Origin: Amoebophrya sp. A120 | Taxonomy: Eukaryota; Protista; Dinoflagellata | DNA length: 64,000 bases | Direction of reading: 5' to 3' | Assembly (NCBI GenBank): GCA_905178155.1 | Contig: CAJINV010000005.1 | Coordinates: forward strand, 1,390,438 to 1,454,437 | Shown: in pieces, positions 63,272-64,000 of the stretch | How the letters are laid out: each line of letters begins with the position of its first letter | Numbering within the stretch: position 1 is the stretch's first letter | Made by a program: the position numbers and the translations under genes | Notes under the pieces: generated by a model | The model's database searches: none | What the model was told of the DNA's origin: nothing | The model's input: only the letters and a program-made list of their open reading frames with translations

Positions 63272-64000
63272 GCTCTACGCTGATGCCCGAGCACGTAGAC
63301 ACAGCTTTCACTTGCACGCGAAGAAACGAGACTATTTCTTGCAGATTCTGTGTGTACGCTTCAAAAATCGTCACTCTGAAGAAAAATATAGTACTTCGCA
63401 GAAGATCAAGATTGCTGGTCCTCGCTCACTCAGATGGACGCTCACTCCTCGTCCATCGCGAATGTGCCGGGCCCTCGTGATATGTCTCAGAACTCAGCTG
63501 ATACAGATACTACTGCGGACGTCCCAACGAATCGGTGACGGCGCGGACGCTGGAACCGCGGATCACGGGTTGTCGTTTCCTCCACGGATATTAGGTAACA
63601 ACAGAGAGACAAGTCGATTTTTGTCTTCTTGCGCGTACATTAATTTTGGTTGTCCATTCCACTGGCGGATCACATCCGCTAGGCCATAACAAGTAGACTA
63701 GGTTGAGGCCTATCGTTAGGATATAACAACGAGACTCAACAGACCACGCTTCAGTTTTTAATTTTGAGTACAACGACGAACGATTTTGATAGCGTTCTAA
63801 CAGTTTTTTCTTCATCGGCAGTCTATGTGTACATACGAACTGCAACCGGTGCGTAAAAGAAAGCTGAAAGGGAAAGCGAATTTAACATAAATATTATACA
63901 TCTTTTTTCAAGCATATTGGTTTTGAAACGATGTCGTGAAAAAACCGTGCGTACGTACATTTTTCTTCGCGGCTCTTGCAGTGCAGCTTGTCAAGAAAAA

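Larger units (their letters stand above)
24221..63864. repeat. Tandem segmental duplication: unit 1 ~24221-42670, unit 2 ~42671-63864
   Basis: Same gene order in both units (PRA1, low-complexity gene exons, MCM10, PI-PLC X). The junction at ~42671 joins PI-PLC upstream sequence (matching 63850-63864, GCGTAAAAGAAAGC) to the PRA1 last exon. Confidence 0.92.

Overview
Eukaryotic, intron-containing genomic DNA. Every gene I can support is on the minus strand. The unidirectional gene array, TTTAGGG-type repeats, a RAP-domain gene, low-complexity protein expansions and inverted-repeat introns point to a dinoflagellate relative such as the parasite Amoebophrya (inference, no search run). Recognisable genes: a Gag-like zinc-knuckle ORF, a RING-like protein, a large myristoylated EF-hand protein, a ubiquitin-like/ankyrin protein, transaldolase, a RAP protein and GSK3, followed by an ~18-21 kb tandem segmental duplication carrying PRA1, a fast-diverging low-complexity gene, MCM10 and a PI-PLC X-domain gene. 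Most notable: (1) two transposon-like introns (introners) with different TIRs but the same architecture, TAT...ATA termini and a 5-bp target duplication, whose precise removal restores the RAP and MCM10 reading frames; (2) a motif, GCAT[C/G]ACA(A/G)AT, repeated in both orientations inside both introners and also present in several ordinary GT-AG introns; (3) a 624-bp MULE-like MITE with a 9-bp TSD at the RAP stop codon, carrying a perfect 52-bp palindrome and telomere-like repeats; (4) a telomere-repeat filler between 9-10-bp direct repeats in a transaldolase intron; (5) a head-to-head phased iteron array at ~1.2 kb. All exon boundaries were deduced by eye and need RNA-seq confirmation.
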